64,000 nt of DNA from Gemmatimonadota bacterium (lineage in GTDB: Bacteria > Gemmatimonadota > Gemmatimonadetes > Longimicrobiales > Gaopeijiaceae). Below, piece by piece: positions 54,494 through 64,000 of the stretch. Below the pieces are notes generated by a model. It was not told the DNA's origin and ran no database searches. It saw only the letters and a program-made list of their open reading frames with translations. The translations under genes were made by a program, and so were the position numbers. The stretch is from contig JBDHGI010000003.1 in the NCBI GenBank assembly GCA_039589955.1, positions 4,535-68,534 of the forward strand, given 5' to 3'. Numbering within the stretch: position 1 is the stretch's first letter; each line of letters begins with the position of its first letter.

Positions 54494-55377
54494 GCTTCCC
54501 CCGAAGGCCGGGAAGAGGCGTCGAACACTCCGGCGTCGAAGTGCACGTCCAGCTGCGGGAAGGCGATGGTGATCCCGGCGTCCTTGAGGGCCCACCAGAT
54601 CGCCTTGTTCAAGTCGGACCGCGTGACCCGCGCCGTCCAGGGATCCTCGGCCCAGACCGATGCCTCCCACACGACCGAGGAGTCGCCGAACTCCACCAGG
54701 AGGACGGCCGGGTCGCGGCCCTCGTACCGTGAGGGCACCGCGCCAGCGGCCTCGGTGAGCACCTCCTCGACGCGACGCTGATCGGAGCCGTAGGTCACAC
54801 CCACCCTCGTGCGAACGCGGTAGTAGGGATCCGCCAGGGTGTAGTTCTTGACCGTGGACTGGACCAGGGACGAGTTGGGGATGATGAGCTGCTCGTCATC
54901 CCTGGTCCGGGCGACGGTGGCTCGGGTGCCGATCCGCTCCACCCTGATGAGGGTGCCCTCCACCTCCAGGACGTCACCCTCGGTGATGGACCGTTCACCC
55001 AGGAGGATCACGCCGGAGGCGAAGTTCTGCAGGATGTTCTGCATGGCGAACCCGACCGCCACCGCCACGACGGCGCCGGCGGCGAACAGGCTGGCCAGGT
55101 TGATTCCCACGGTCTGGAGGGCGACACCGAGGCCCACCAGCAGAACGACGTAGTGGAGCAGCCGCCGGACCGTGGCGACCGTCCCCTCCTCCCTCAGGCC
55201 ACTGCGCCGCAGGCCCCGGGCGACGATTCCCTGGAGCAGGCGCGAGATCCACCAGGTGACCATCAGGATCAGCACGAAGGTCACCACCGACGCCACGGTG
55301 ACCGATGTGCCGCCCACCTCGAACAGCTCTTGTGCAGCGAAATCCCGCACCGCGGTCGCCACGGATCGCCAGTTCAT
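54490..55377 (-). CDS. MscS-family mechanosensitive channel
   Basis: TM helices followed by FAMQNILQNFASGVILLGERSITEGDVLEVEGTLIRVERIGTRATVARTRDDEQLIIPNS, the typical MscS pore helix and beta domain. Confidence 0.88.
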   Translation of the reverse strand: MNWRSVATAVRDFAAQELFEVGGTSVTVASVVTFVLILMVTWWISRLLQGIVARGLRRSGLREEGTVATVRRLLHYVVLLVGLGVALQTVGINLASLFAAGAVVAVAVGFAMQNILQNFASGVILLGERSITEGDVLEVEGTLIRVERIGTRATVARTRDDEQLIIPNSSLVQSTVKNYTLADPYYRVRTRVGVTYGSDQRRVEEVLTEAAGAVPSRYEGRDPAVLLVEFGDSSVVWEASVWAEDPWTARVTRSDLNKAIWWALKDAGITIAFPQLDVHFDAGVFDASSRPSGEA

Positions 55378-55605
55378 CGGCTTCTTCCCAGCCTTCGTGC
55401 CGCGAGGTTCGGCTCGCGGGCGAGATTGTCTCCCGGCCGCCGGTCACGACCGGTGGTCCCCGTCTCACGACGGGGTACAATGGCGGGGACACCGTCACTC
55501 CCGCCAGCGTCGACCCTTCCCGAGCGATCCACGTATTGACCCCCTCGGCCGGGGTGAGCATTCTCACAGCCCACGGCAACAGAACCGCGTTCAGAGGGAT
55601 CCACG

Positions 55606-58600
55606 ATGACCACCAATGCTCGCCGCCCGGAGTGCCGGGCCAGGCTCCTCACCTTGGGACTCGTTCTGGCGCTGGCCGGGCCGGTGCCCACGGAGATGAT
55701 CGCCCAGGCCGCGGTCGATGACGCCACCCTCACTCCCATGGAGATGTACGAGGGGTTGTACTATCGGAGCGTAGGACCCTCCCGGGGGGGACGGGTCACG
55801 GCGGTGGCGGGCCACCGGGACCATCCCTTCACGTTCTACATGGGTGCGACCGGAGGCGGCGTCTGGAAGACCGAGGACTACGGCACCACCTGGCGTCCCG
55901 TATCCGATGGGCAGATCGCCACGGGCTCCATCGGGTCCATCCGGGTGGCTCCGTCGAGCTCGTCGGTGGTCTACGTGGGCACCGGCTCCGACGGGATCCG
56001 CTCCAACGTGATCCGCGGGCTGGGCATGTACCGCTCCGACGACGCCGGACAGACATGGCGATACCTGGGCCTCAGAGACGCCGGACAGCTCGGGGCCGTG
56101 GAGATCCACCCCGAGAATCCCGACGTGGCGTACGTTGCCGCTCTCGGACACGCCTGGGGACGGAACCCGGATCGGGGGGTCTACAAGACGGTCGACGGGG
56201 GAGGCTCCTGGGAGAGGGTCCTGTTCACGTCGGACTCGGTGGGCGCCATCGATCTCGAGCTCAACCCGGCCGACCCCGACGTGGTGTACGCCGCCATGTG
56301 GAGGGGAGAGCGGAAGCCGTGGACCATCATCTCGGGCATGGAAGCCTCCGGAGGCGAGAACGGGATCTGGAGGTCGACGGACGGTGGGGAGACCTGGAGG
56401 ATCGTGACCAACGGGCTGCCCACGGGCCTCATCGGCAAGATCGACCTGGCGGTGACGCCGGCAGATCCCGACCGGATCTACGCCCTGGTGGAGACCACGG
56501 ATCCGGACGAGGGCCTCTATCGCTCCGACGACCGCGGCGAGACCTGGAGGCTGGTGAGCAATCAGTCCGGGCTGATGAACCGTCCGTTCTACTACACGAA
56601 CGTGGATGTCGATCCGCAGGACGCCGACGTCGTCTACGTGAACAACGAGGGGTTCTACAAGTCCACGGACGGAGGCGTCACCTTCCAGCGCAGATCGACG
56701 CCCCACGGGGACAACCACGACATGTGGATCAACCCCGACAACCCCGACATCTTCATCCAGTCCAATGACGGTGGCGCCAACGTCACGCTGGACGGAGGCG
56801 AGACCTGGTCCCGGCAGGACAACCAGCCCACGGCGGAGCTCTACCAGGTCGACGTGGACGATCGCTTCCCGTACTGGCTGTATGCCGGGCAGCAGGACAA
56901 CAGCACCATCATGGTGCCCAGCGATCCTCCGGAGGAGGGTGCGGCCGGCGGCCACACCGGGTATTGGAAGGCCGTGGGTGGCTGCGAGACCGGACCGGCC
57001 GTTCCCAAGCCAGGCGATCCCGCCATCGTCTACAGCAACTGCAAGGGACGTTTCGGCCGGTTCAGCCGCGCGACGGGCCAGGAGAAGCAATACTACGTCG
57101 GTGCCGTGAATCTGTACGGCCACAATCCGAGAGACCTGCCCTTCCGCTTCCAACGCGTGGTGCCCATCGAGGTGTCGCCCCACGACCCCAACACGGTGTA
57201 TCACGGGTCCCAGTACGTCCATCGCACCCGGGACGAGGGCGTGACCTGGGAGCGGATCAGCCCGGACCTCACGGCCTTCCGTCCCGAGCGTCAGGTGGCA
57301 TCGGGGGAGCCCATCACCCGCGACATCACGGGCGAGGAGCACTACTCCGTGCTGTACGTCATCGAGGAGTCTCCCCTCGAGCCCGGGGTCATCTGGACCG
57401 GGGCCAACGACGGGCCCGTGCATGTCACCCGGGACGGAGGTGGGACCTGGGCGGATGTCACCCCCCCCGACATGCCCCCGGAGGGACGGATCCAGAACAT
57501 CGACGTGTCTCCGCACCGGCCGGGAAAGGCCTACGTCGCAGGGTATCGGTTCCTCCTGGACGACTACCGCCCCTACATCTATCGCACCGACGACTACGGG
57601 GAGAGTTGGACGCTCCTCACCCCGGGCGACAACGGAGTCCCCGCCGACCACCCCACCAGGGTCGTCCGGGAGGATCCGGGCCGGGAGGGCCTGCTGTACG
57701 CGGGCACCGAGTTCGGCATGTTCGTGTCCTTCGACGACGGCGCGAGCTGGGAGCCGTTCCAGTTCAACCTCCCGGCGACGCCGGTGACGGACATCCGGCT
57801 CGTGTACGGCGACCTGGTCCTGTCGACCATGGGGCGGGGCTTCTGGGTGATGGACGATCTCGCTCCCCTCCGGCAGTGGTCCGAGACGGTGGCCCAGGCG
57901 GACGCGTACCTGTTCCAGCCGTCGGAGGCCATCCGGGTGCGTGGCGGTGGAGGGGGCTTCCGGGGAAGCTCGCCGGACGCGCCGCAGTGGAGCCGGTCCG
58001 GGGCCGTGGTGGACTATTGGCTGGGATCGGGCGCAGGATCGGTGACCATCGAGATCGCCGACGGCTCAGGCGACGTCCTCCACACCATGAGGAGCGGTGG
58101 CCCGGGGCAGCGCATGCAGGCGGGTCAGGGCATGCGCGCCCCCTTCGCACGCGTGACGGGAGCTCCCAACCCCGGCACGTCCGTCGGAGTCCACAGGGTG
58201 GTCTGGGACTTCACATTCCAGCGGGACGGGGCGGCCTCCCGTGGCGGACCGCGGGTGCCACCGGGCACGTTCGAGGTCCGGCTCGACGTGGACGGCAAGG
58301 TCCTGTCCCGATGGGTCACGGTGAAGATCGACCCGCGAGTGGCCGAGGACGGAGTGACCCAGTCGGACCTCCAGGAGCAGTTCCTGCTCAGCCTCCAGAT
58401 CCTGGAGGCCATGGACGACGCGTCCACCGCCATCGATCGCCTCGAAGAGGCCATGCAGATCGTGGCGGAGGGTGGTGACGCCCGGAGCCAGCTCGAGGAG
58501 ATCCACGCCGCCCTGGTGACGGACCGGAGCATCTCCAGCTATCCGCAGCCGATGCTGGCGGATCAGCTGCGGTACCTCTATTCCATGCTTCAGTCCGCGG

Positions 58601-58722
58601 ATCAGAAGCCGGGCGGGGACGCCTACGAGAGGCTGGCGACGCTCAAGCAAGAGCTGGAGCAGCACAAGACACGAATGGAGCGAGTGCTGAGAACCATCGC
58701 AGAGGGAGACCTGACGCCATGA
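55606..58722 (+). CDS. Secreted BNR/Asp-box (sortilin/VPS10-type) beta-propeller protein, paralogue of 1166..4357
   Basis: 1038 aa with a signal peptide. Asp-boxes include TEDYGTTW, SDDAGQTW, TVDGGGSW, STDGGETW, SDDRGETW, TLDGGETW, TRDGGGTW and TDDYGESW. Colinear with the first paralogue by eye. Confidence 0.9.
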   Translation: MTTNARRPECRARLLTLGLVLALAGPVPTEMIAQAAVDDATLTPMEMYEGLYYRSVGPSRGGRVTAVAGHRDHPFTFYMGATGGGVWKTEDYGTTWRPVSDGQIATGSIGSIRVAPSSSSVVYVGTGSDGIRSNVIRGLGMYRSDDAGQTWRYLGLRDAGQLGAVEIHPENPDVAYVAALGHAWGRNPDRGVYKTVDGGGSWERVLFTSDSVGAIDLELNPADPDVVYAAMWRGERKPWTIISGMEASGGENGIWRSTDGGETWRIVTNGLPTGLIGKIDLAVTPADPDRIYALVETTDPDEGLYRSDDRGETWRLVSNQSGLMNRPFYYTNVDVDPQDADVVYVNNEGFYKSTDGGVTFQRRSTPHGDNHDMWINPDNPDIFIQSNDGGANVTLDGGETWSRQDNQPTAELYQVDVDDRFPYWLYAGQQDNSTIMVPSDPPEEGAAGGHTGYWKAVGGCETGPAVPKPGDPAIVYSNCKGRFGRFSRATGQEKQYYVGAVNLYGHNPRDLPFRFQRVVPIEVSPHDPNTVYHGSQYVHRTRDEGVTWERISPDLTAFRPERQVASGEPITRDITGEEHYSVLYVIEESPLEPGVIWTGANDGPVHVTRDGGGTWADVTPPDMPPEGRIQNIDVSPHRPGKAYVAGYRFLLDDYRPYIYRTDDYGESWTLLTPGDNGVPADHPTRVVREDPGREGLLYAGTEFGMFVSFDDGASWEPFQFNLPATPVTDIRLVYGDLVLSTMGRGFWVMDDLAPLRQWSETVAQADAYLFQPSEAIRVRGGGGGFRGSSPDAPQWSRSGAVVDYWLGSGAGSVTIEIADGSGDVLHTMRSGGPGQRMQAGQGMRAPFARVTGAPNPGTSVGVHRVVWDFTFQRDGAASRGGPRVPPGTFEVRLDVDGKVLSRWVTVKIDPRVAEDGVTQSDLQEQFLLSLQILEAMDDASTAIDRLEEAMQIVAEGGDARSQLEEIHAALVTDRSISSYPQPMLADQLRYLYSMLQSADQKPGGDAYERLATLKQELEQHKTRMERVLRTIAEGDLTP

Positions 58723-59087
58723 AGAGACTGACGATGCTCGTGGCCGCGGGCACCATGCTCGCGGCCTGCGGCCCCTCGGAGCCCCCGGCCCCGCCACCCC
58801 TGGACCCCACCGGCACTTACAGCATCACCATCGATGCCGAGGGCATGCAGATCGGTGGCTCCCTGGTCATCCGGGGAACGACCGAGGCGTACACCGGCAG
58901 CATCGACACCGACATGGGTGGGGCGGCTCTTGCCGATATCGCCGTGGACGGGAATCAGGTGAGCTTCACCGTGCCCGAGGCGGGAGTGTCCTTCCAGGTC
59001 ACCTTCGAGGGGGAGGGGTTCAACGGCACCTTCGACGGCGCCATGGGCACAGGGTACATCACGGGGCGGAAACGAGCGGGAAGCTGA
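58719..59087 (+). CDS. Small hypothetical lipoprotein, translationally coupled (ATGA) to the BNR protein
   Basis: 122 aa with lipobox TMLAAC-G. Beta-rich composition. Confidence 0.6.
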   Translation: MKRLTMLVAAGTMLAACGPSEPPAPPPLDPTGTYSITIDAEGMQIGGSLVIRGTTEAYTGSIDTDMGGAALADIAVDGNQVSFTVPEAGVSFQVTFEGEGFNGTFDGAMGTGYITGRKRAGS

Positions 59088-59093
59088 GTCCGC

Positions 59094-62000
59094 CTAGGCA
59101 CGCCGGCGGCGTATCGAGTCCTCTCCGAGAATGTCGTCCAGGGTAGCGACCAGCCGCTCTCCGTCCTGACTGGAGAACGGTAGCGGTGGCTTGATCTTGA
59201 TGACGTTGTCGTCGGGGCCGTCCGTGGACAGCAGCACTCCGCGCTCCTTCATGCGACGGACCGCGTAGCGGGCAGCGGCGGCGTCCGGAATCCGGGCGTC
59301 GCGGTCACTCACCAGCTCCACGCCGAGGAAGAGCCCTCGCCCGCGTACGTCACCGACGGCGGGATGGCGGTCCGTGAGTCCGGTGAGGTCCTCCTCGAGG
59401 CCGCCACCGACGTCGAGGGCGTGGGCCTGGAGCCCCTCGTCTTCCAGGACTTCCAGCACCGCGAGTCCGATGGCAGCGGACACCGGGTTGCCGCCGAAGC
59501 TGCTGAAGAACTCCATGCCGTTGGCGAATCCGTCGGCGACGGCGCGGGTCGTCACGACGGCCCCCAGGGGATGGCCGTTCCCCATGGGCTTGCCCAGCGT
59601 GACGATGTCCGGGACCACTCCCTGGGTCTGGAATCCCCACATGTGTGTACCGACGCGGCCGAACCCCACCTGCACCTCGTCCGCGATGCAGAGCGCCCCG
59701 AAGTCACGTACATGTGCGTATGCCGCGCTCAGGTAGCCGGCGGGCGGCTCGATCTGGCCTCCGCAGGACAAGAGGGGCTCGCACAGGAAGGCGGCGGCTG
59801 GCACCTCCGCCTCGGCCAGCTCTTCCAAGGCTGCCCGCACTCGGGCGGCGTATCGGTCCGCTCGCCGGGGATCGTCCCTCCGATGGGGTCCTCGGTAGTC
59901 GTCGGGCATGGGCGCCGCCCTCACCCAGGGGGGCGCCCCGCGGCCCCCTGCGCCCGTGTACTTGTAGTGGCTCACGTCGATCAGACCCTGGGTGTTGCCG
60001 TGGTATCCTCCCTCGAGAACCACGACGCCCCGTCGCTCCGTGACCGTGCGGGCCATGCGCAGGGCCAGCTCGTTCGCCTCGCTGCCCGAGTTCACGAAGA
60101 AGCACACGTCCAGGGTCTCGGGGAAACGGCTCAGGAGGCGTTCCGCGTAGTCGAGGACGGTCTCGTGGAGATAGCGCGTGTTCGTATTGAGGACACCCAT
60201 CTGCAGGCGGCCCGCGGACACGACGCGCGGGTGCTCGTGTCCCACGTGGGCCACGTTGTTCACGCAGTCCAGATACTGGCGTCCCCAGGCGTCGTAGAGG
60301 TGGGTCCCCAGGCCCCGGGCCACGTGGATCGGCTCGTCGTACGACAGGCTCAGGCTGGGGCCGAGGAGGCGCCTTCGCCGCTCCAGGAGGTCCTGCGCCT
60401 CCCCATGGGTGGTGGCCAGGGGCTGACGGAGGAGGAGGTTCGGGTCGGGTGAGAAGCTCTCCCAGACAGGAAGCTCGCGGGGAGCCGCGACCCCGGGGAA
60501 ATCACCATCCCAGCCGAGCAGGTCGGTGATGATCTGGAAATGAAGGTGCGGTGGCCAATCCCCGTTCTCCGGATGGGGCCCGACGCGTGCGAAAGGCTCG
60601 CCGGGGGACAGCGTCCGGCCTTCCTCCAGGTCCTCCACCGAAGCCCGCTCCAGGTGGCCGTAGAGGGTCCAGAACGGCCCGGCGGGCGTCTCGTGCCGCA
60701 GGATCACCGTGGGTCCGTAGTCGAGCCGGCTCGCGTTGTCCCGCACCCGCGCCACCACGCTCGCGAGTGGCGCCCGCACCTCGGCTCCGGGCAGGTCGAA
60801 GATATCGAGGCCCATGTGGACGGTGCGTCGCTCCGGCATCTCCGACGGCCGGCCCTCGAAGGCGTCGGTGAGGTAGAATCCCCGGGGCTCCCGGTAGCGG
60901 CCCAGCCCCACCCGCGCTCCCCTCCGACGTATGGCTCCGAAGACTCGGCCGGTGAAGGCCTCGGTGTCGTCGGTGTCCCGCCCGGTGAGGTCGGGGCTTC
61001 CGATGCCGAGGTCGAGGACCACCGTCCCCGGAGGATCCGGAAGCTCCATGACCGGCGCCACGCGGTCGATGTCCCGGATTGCCGCCACCAGCGCCTCGCT
61101 CCTCGGACACGCGGGATGCCCGCAGGCCTGGCGGAGGAACCCCCTGGCGAGGTTGGCTGGAATGGTGTGGGTACGCTCCAAGAACGCCCAGGCCGGGGCC
61201 TCGGACACCAGCAGATACTCGTCCGGCTCCTCGTCCGGGCCCCTCCGGGACGCCGAGATGGTCACGCTGGCGGCCAGCCGAGCCCGGACCAGGGGAAACA
61301 GGACCTCCAGCTCCTCCTCGGCCAGGGGGCGCACCGAGTGATATCCCTCCACCACCCGCGCCGCGGCCCGGAGCGGATCGGCCTGGTCCAGAACGGCGTA
61401 CGCCGTGGTGACGGCCAGGTCGAAGACCGCAGGCGCCTGGTGGGCGTCGCCCAGGTCGAGAATGCCGCTCACCACCACGGCCGGGGCCTCCGTAGCGGAC
61501 ACGAGGAGGTTGTGGTCGTTCAGGTCTCCATGGATGAGCTGACGGTCCAGGGCCGCCGCCACGGGCTCCACGCGGGTCAGCTCGTGCCGGCAGGCCGCGA
61601 TCAGCTGTCGCCGCTCGACGTCGCGGTGCAGGCCCAGACCGCGTTCGATGACGGAGCCGGCCTCGGCGAGTGCCCACACGAAGTCCTCCCGGAGGGGCGA
61701 CGGCTCGCCGAAGTCCGACAGCGTCAGTCCGAGGCGCGCGGCGCACCGGCCGACGTCGCGCAGCAGGCCGTCCGACCGCGGTCGTGCGCTCGCCAACGGG
61801 ACCCCATCCAGGTACTCCAACACACGCACGCGCCAGCGCGTCCCCTCGGGAGTCCGGCGGCGGTAGATGGACGATCCGTCGGACGCCGGCAGGACCCGTG
61901 GCACACGGGAGGGCATTCGGGCCGACAGCCAGTCCTGGAGGCGGGTCTCGAAGTCGAGCTGCTCGTCGCTCTCGTCGGGGGAGGTGAACTTCACCACGTA

Positions 62001-62159
62001 CCGGCCACCGTCGGTGGCCTGGAGGAGGAAGTTGCGATCCCGCTCGCCGGGGAGGGTGCCCAGCTCGCCCTCGAGGCCGAATCCTGCCCGCACGAGCCCG
62101 GCGGCGGTTGCGGCGTCGATGGAGGGGCGTGCGTGCGTGCGAATCATGGATGCGTCCAC
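59094..62159 (-). CDS. Tri-domain fusion: aminoglycoside/hydroxylysine-kinase-like phosphotransferase, M23 peptidase-like domain, and class-III PLP aminotransferase (phospholyase-like)
   Basis: APH part: LIHGDLNDHNLLV and ILDLGDAH. M23 part: VHMGLDIF (HxxxD), TLYGHL and PPHLHFQI (HxH). Aminotransferase part: FFVNSGSEANELALRMAR, ADEVQVGFGRVG and VTLGKPMGNGHPLG. Confidence 0.88.
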   Translation of the reverse strand: MDASMIRTHARPSIDAATAAGLVRAGFGLEGELGTLPGERDRNFLLQATDGGRYVVKFTSPDESDEQLDFETRLQDWLSARMPSRVPRVLPASDGSSIYRRRTPEGTRWRVRVLEYLDGVPLASARPRSDGLLRDVGRCAARLGLTLSDFGEPSPLREDFVWALAEAGSVIERGLGLHRDVERRQLIAACRHELTRVEPVAAALDRQLIHGDLNDHNLLVSATEAPAVVVSGILDLGDAHQAPAVFDLAVTTAYAVLDQADPLRAAARVVEGYHSVRPLAEEELEVLFPLVRARLAASVTISASRRGPDEEPDEYLLVSEAPAWAFLERTHTIPANLARGFLRQACGHPACPRSEALVAAIRDIDRVAPVMELPDPPGTVVLDLGIGSPDLTGRDTDDTEAFTGRVFGAIRRRGARVGLGRYREPRGFYLTDAFEGRPSEMPERRTVHMGLDIFDLPGAEVRAPLASVVARVRDNASRLDYGPTVILRHETPAGPFWTLYGHLERASVEDLEEGRTLSPGEPFARVGPHPENGDWPPHLHFQIITDLLGWDGDFPGVAAPRELPVWESFSPDPNLLLRQPLATTHGEAQDLLERRRRLLGPSLSLSYDEPIHVARGLGTHLYDAWGRQYLDCVNNVAHVGHEHPRVVSAGRLQMGVLNTNTRYLHETVLDYAERLLSRFPETLDVCFFVNSGSEANELALRMARTVTERRGVVVLEGGYHGNTQGLIDVSHYKYTGAGGRGAPPWVRAAPMPDDYRGPHRRDDPRRADRYAARVRAALEELAEAEVPAAAFLCEPLLSCGGQIEPPAGYLSAAYAHVRDFGALCIADEVQVGFGRVGTHMWGFQTQGVVPDIVTLGKPMGNGHPLGAVVTTRAVADGFANGMEFFSSFGGNPVSAAIGLAVLEVLEDEGLQAHALDVGGGLEEDLTGLTDRHPAVGDVRGRGLFLGVELVSDRDARIPDAAAARYAVRRMKERGVLLSTDGPDDNVIKIKPPLPFSSQDGERLVATLDDILGEDSIRRRRA

Positions 62160-62258
62160 TATCGTGTGGGCCCGATCTAAGAGAAGAAAAGTGGGAGACG
62201 GGCGACGCGAAAGGTGCAGCGTCCCGCCTCCCGGCGGCCATCATCCACGGAGTGAGCC

Positions 62259-63035
62259 ATGAGCCGAGCGCGTTTCTCTCATCGACGCGGGGCTTCCGGG
62301 GTGCCGATCGTCATCGCCCTCTTCACGGCGACGGTCCTGCTGCCCGGAGTGGGCGAGGGTCAGGAGCAGGAGGGGTTCACGAACCTGCAGGTCCTGCCGG
62401 CGGACGCGTCCCGAGGACGGGTCATGTCGGTGATGCGAGGCTTCACCCGGGCTCTGGGGGTGCGCTGCTCCACGTGCCACGTCGGGGAGGAGGGGCAGCC
62501 GTTGTCGACGTACGACTTCGCGTCCGACGACAAGGCGCCGAAGCTCAAGGCCCGGGAGATGATGCGCATGATGCAGGTCATCAACGACACCTACCTGGCG
62601 GAGCTTCCCGGGAGAAGGGCTCCGGGAGTGGCGGTGACCTGCCTCACGTGCCATCGCGGCATATCGAGGCCGGAGACCATCGGTGCCGTCATCGGCAGGG
62701 TGGTGGCCGAGGAGGACGTGGACTTCGCCGTGGAGCGGTACCGCTCCCTCCGGGAGCGCCACTACGGGTCGGCGGCGTACGACTTCACCGAGGGTCCGCT
62801 CCTCGGCCTGGCCGGTCGTCTGGCCGAGGACGGGGACCAGGGCTCGGCCATGCGCATCCTGGCCCTGAACCTGGAGTACCACCCGCAATCAGCCCAGACC
62901 ATGTTCGCGGTGGCTCGCCTTCACGAGGATCTCGGGCAGGTGCAGGAGGCAATCGAGCTCTACCGGAAGGGGCTGGAGATCATGCCCGAGAACCGGCAGG
63001 CGCGCCAGCGTCTGGAGGCGCTGACGGGAGGGTGA
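62259..63035 (+). CDS. Dihaem c-type cytochrome (CytoC_RC-like) with C-terminal TPR-like region
   Basis: FTNLQVLP...RGFTRALGVRCSTCH and VTCLTCHRG provide two CxxCH sites. The C-terminal helical repeats end in LEIMPENRQARQRLEAL. Confidence 0.8.
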   Translation: MSRARFSHRRGASGVPIVIALFTATVLLPGVGEGQEQEGFTNLQVLPADASRGRVMSVMRGFTRALGVRCSTCHVGEEGQPLSTYDFASDDKAPKLKAREMMRMMQVINDTYLAELPGRRAPGVAVTCLTCHRGISRPETIGAVIGRVVAEEDVDFAVERYRSLRERHYGSAAYDFTEGPLLGLAGRLAEDGDQGSAMRILALNLEYHPQSAQTMFAVARLHEDLGQVQEAIELYRKGLEIMPENRQARQRLEALTGG

Positions 63036-63086
63036 TCCCGGCCCGGTCGATGCCGGGTCGCCGACGCAGGGAGTGGACCCGGCTGC

Positions 63087-64000
63087 TCAGGGGGTGAACC
63101 AGTAGCTCAGCTTGACGACGAAGACGTTGTCGGGCCGGGCCGCGAAGAGCGCTCGCCGGTCCCGGTCGAAGTCGAAGTCACCGACGCCGGTCGCGATGTC
63201 GGCACGCGCCTGCTGCCATGCCACGTAGAGGGTGGAACCGGGGCGCCACTCCCATCGCAGGACCGCCGTGCCTCGCAGGGATCGGTAGTTGAAGTCGAGG
63301 CTCGGGACCGCACCCTCGTGGGGCGTGAACGTGTACCCCCGCGGAGCGTCCAGGAAGCCCACGTCGGCGTAGTCCCCGCTGGCGATGAACGGCTGGGCGT
63401 ACATCTGGAACGACAGCCTGGGCGTGAAGGTGAGGTCCAGGCGGGTCTCCACCGCCAGCGTGGTCTGACGCAGGGGCGCGAACAGGTAGCGGTTCCCATA
63501 GGTCGCCGTGGCGGAGGCGTCGGGCAGGGTGCCGACGTACTGCGCCTGGGTCAGGCTCCGGGAAAAGGCCGGGCCCAGGGAGACGCTCCATCGGTCGGAG
63601 GTCTTGATGCCCAGTGCCAGCGACGTTCCCGCCCTCCAGCCGTCGTAGGCGTCGCGGGACCCCTCGACGTTGACCTTCAAGGTGACGGGCTTTCGCCCGT
63701 CGGAGTTGAAGGCTGCCAGGAGGGACGTGTTGGCGGGTCGCTCCATGAGGGGGCCGCCCCTGGTGGAGCGGTCGTCGAGGGCGCTCCCGAAGTACGCCAG
63801 GCGCACCAGGCCGCTCCAGAAGTCCAGGTGCATGAAATGCGCCGTGAGGGCGTAGATGGAGAGGATACGCTCCCACGCGTAGTTGTGCTCGTACCGAACA
63901 TTGGCGGTAACGGAGTACGTGCGGAAGAACGATCCGGGCTGGAACTCCACGTAGGTCAGGGAGCCCGCCACGTCTCGCCGGTCCGTGCGTGTCTGGAAGC
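63087..64000 (-). CDS. Outer-membrane beta-barrel-like protein, C-terminal part (DUF5916-like by recollection); 5' end beyond the window
   Basis: The reading frame stays open from 63971 to the window edge (FQTRTDRRDVAGS...). Beta-strand-rich, ending in the aromatic terminus VVKLSYWFTP. Confidence 0.65.
   Translation of the reverse strand, partial: FQTRTDRRDVAGSLTYVEFQPGSFFRTYSVTANVRYEHNYAWERILSIYALTAHFMHLDFWSGLVRLAYFGSALDDRSTRGGPLMERPANTSLLAAFNSDGRKPVTLKVNVEGSRDAYDGWRAGTSLALGIKTSDRWSVSLGPAFSRSLTQAQYVGTLPDASATATYGNRYLFAPLRQTTLAVETRLDLTFTPRLSFQMYAQPFIASGDYADVGFLDAPRGYTFTPHEGAVPSLDFNYRSLRGTAVLRWEWRPGSTLYVAWQQARADIATGVGDFDFDRDRRALFAARPDNVFVVKLSYWFTP

Noticed and set aside
55591-57651. 686-aa minus-strand ORF
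   Set aside because: Antisense shadow of the second BNR propeller gene.
60502-62244. ORFs 60502..62244 (minus, other frame) and 60540..62180 (plus)
   Set aside because: They overlap the tri-domain fusion gene, whose frame carries APH, M23 and PLP motifs. These alternatives are Arg/Pro/Gly-rich.
1-64000. CRISPR arrays, tRNA/rRNA genes, integrases, transposases, toxin-antitoxin pairs or recognisable phage-defence genes
   Set aside because: I saw no short direct-repeat arrays, no tRNA-like T-loop (GGTTCGAAT-type) in the intergenic regions I read, and no translations with recombinase, transposase or nuclease-defence signatures. This absence is by eye only and should be confirmed with tRNAscan-SE, Infernal and defence-finder tools.

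Overview
High-GC bacterial chromosomal segment. The gene content (sortilin/BNR propeller proteins, many secreted beta-lactamase-fold hydrolases, CytoC_RC-type cytochrome) is reminiscent of Gemmatimonadota-like genomes, but that is inference only. All family calls come from reading motifs in the supplied translations; no searches were run. I support about 50 protein-coding genes. I saw no rRNA, tRNA or CRISPR array. Many long ORFs in the track are antisense or out-of-frame shadows typical of GC-rich DNA, and several true genes start well inside the listed ORF. Left to right the window holds: a Hanks-type Ser/Thr kinase (runs off the left edge); a secreted BNR propeller protein; a DRG/TGS GTPase; several serine hydrolases; an esterase and an amidase; a small Cys-rich protein beside a PflX-type radical-SAM gene overlapping a membrane-anchored serine hydrolase; arsR-ACR3 with a palindromic operator; a sulfatase / PhoD-like phosphatase / hydrolase operon facing an anSME maturase; a di-haem peroxidase-like protein; a 4-gene minus-strand operon (Tat-SDR, VanX-like dipeptidase, LLM oxidoreductase, conserved unknown); a Clp-D2 AAA+ / receiver fusion; NPP phosphodiesterase plus CN-hydrolase; lysine 6-transaminase; long-form GMP synthase; and an M28 peptidase. 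The most interesting block lies at about 40.1-53.0 kb. It starts with a membrane-anchored DtxR-FeoA-FeoA regulator and feoB behind a perfect DtxR-type palindrome. A 264-bp element with 34-bp terminal inverted repeats sits on the feoB stop codon. Next come a 2-oxoacid:ferredoxin oxidoreductase whose gamma and delta subunits are fused through a GltD-like NAD(P)H flavoprotein module, and an OPT transporter. A second, atypically ordered feo locus (feoB, Zn-ribbon, Cys-rich FeoA) follows, with a Fur-like 7-3-7 box and an unresolved start codon. The right end carries MscS, a second BNR paralogue, a 1021-aa phosphotransferase-M23-aminotransferase fusion, a dihaem cytochrome c-TPR protein and a partial outer-membrane protein.
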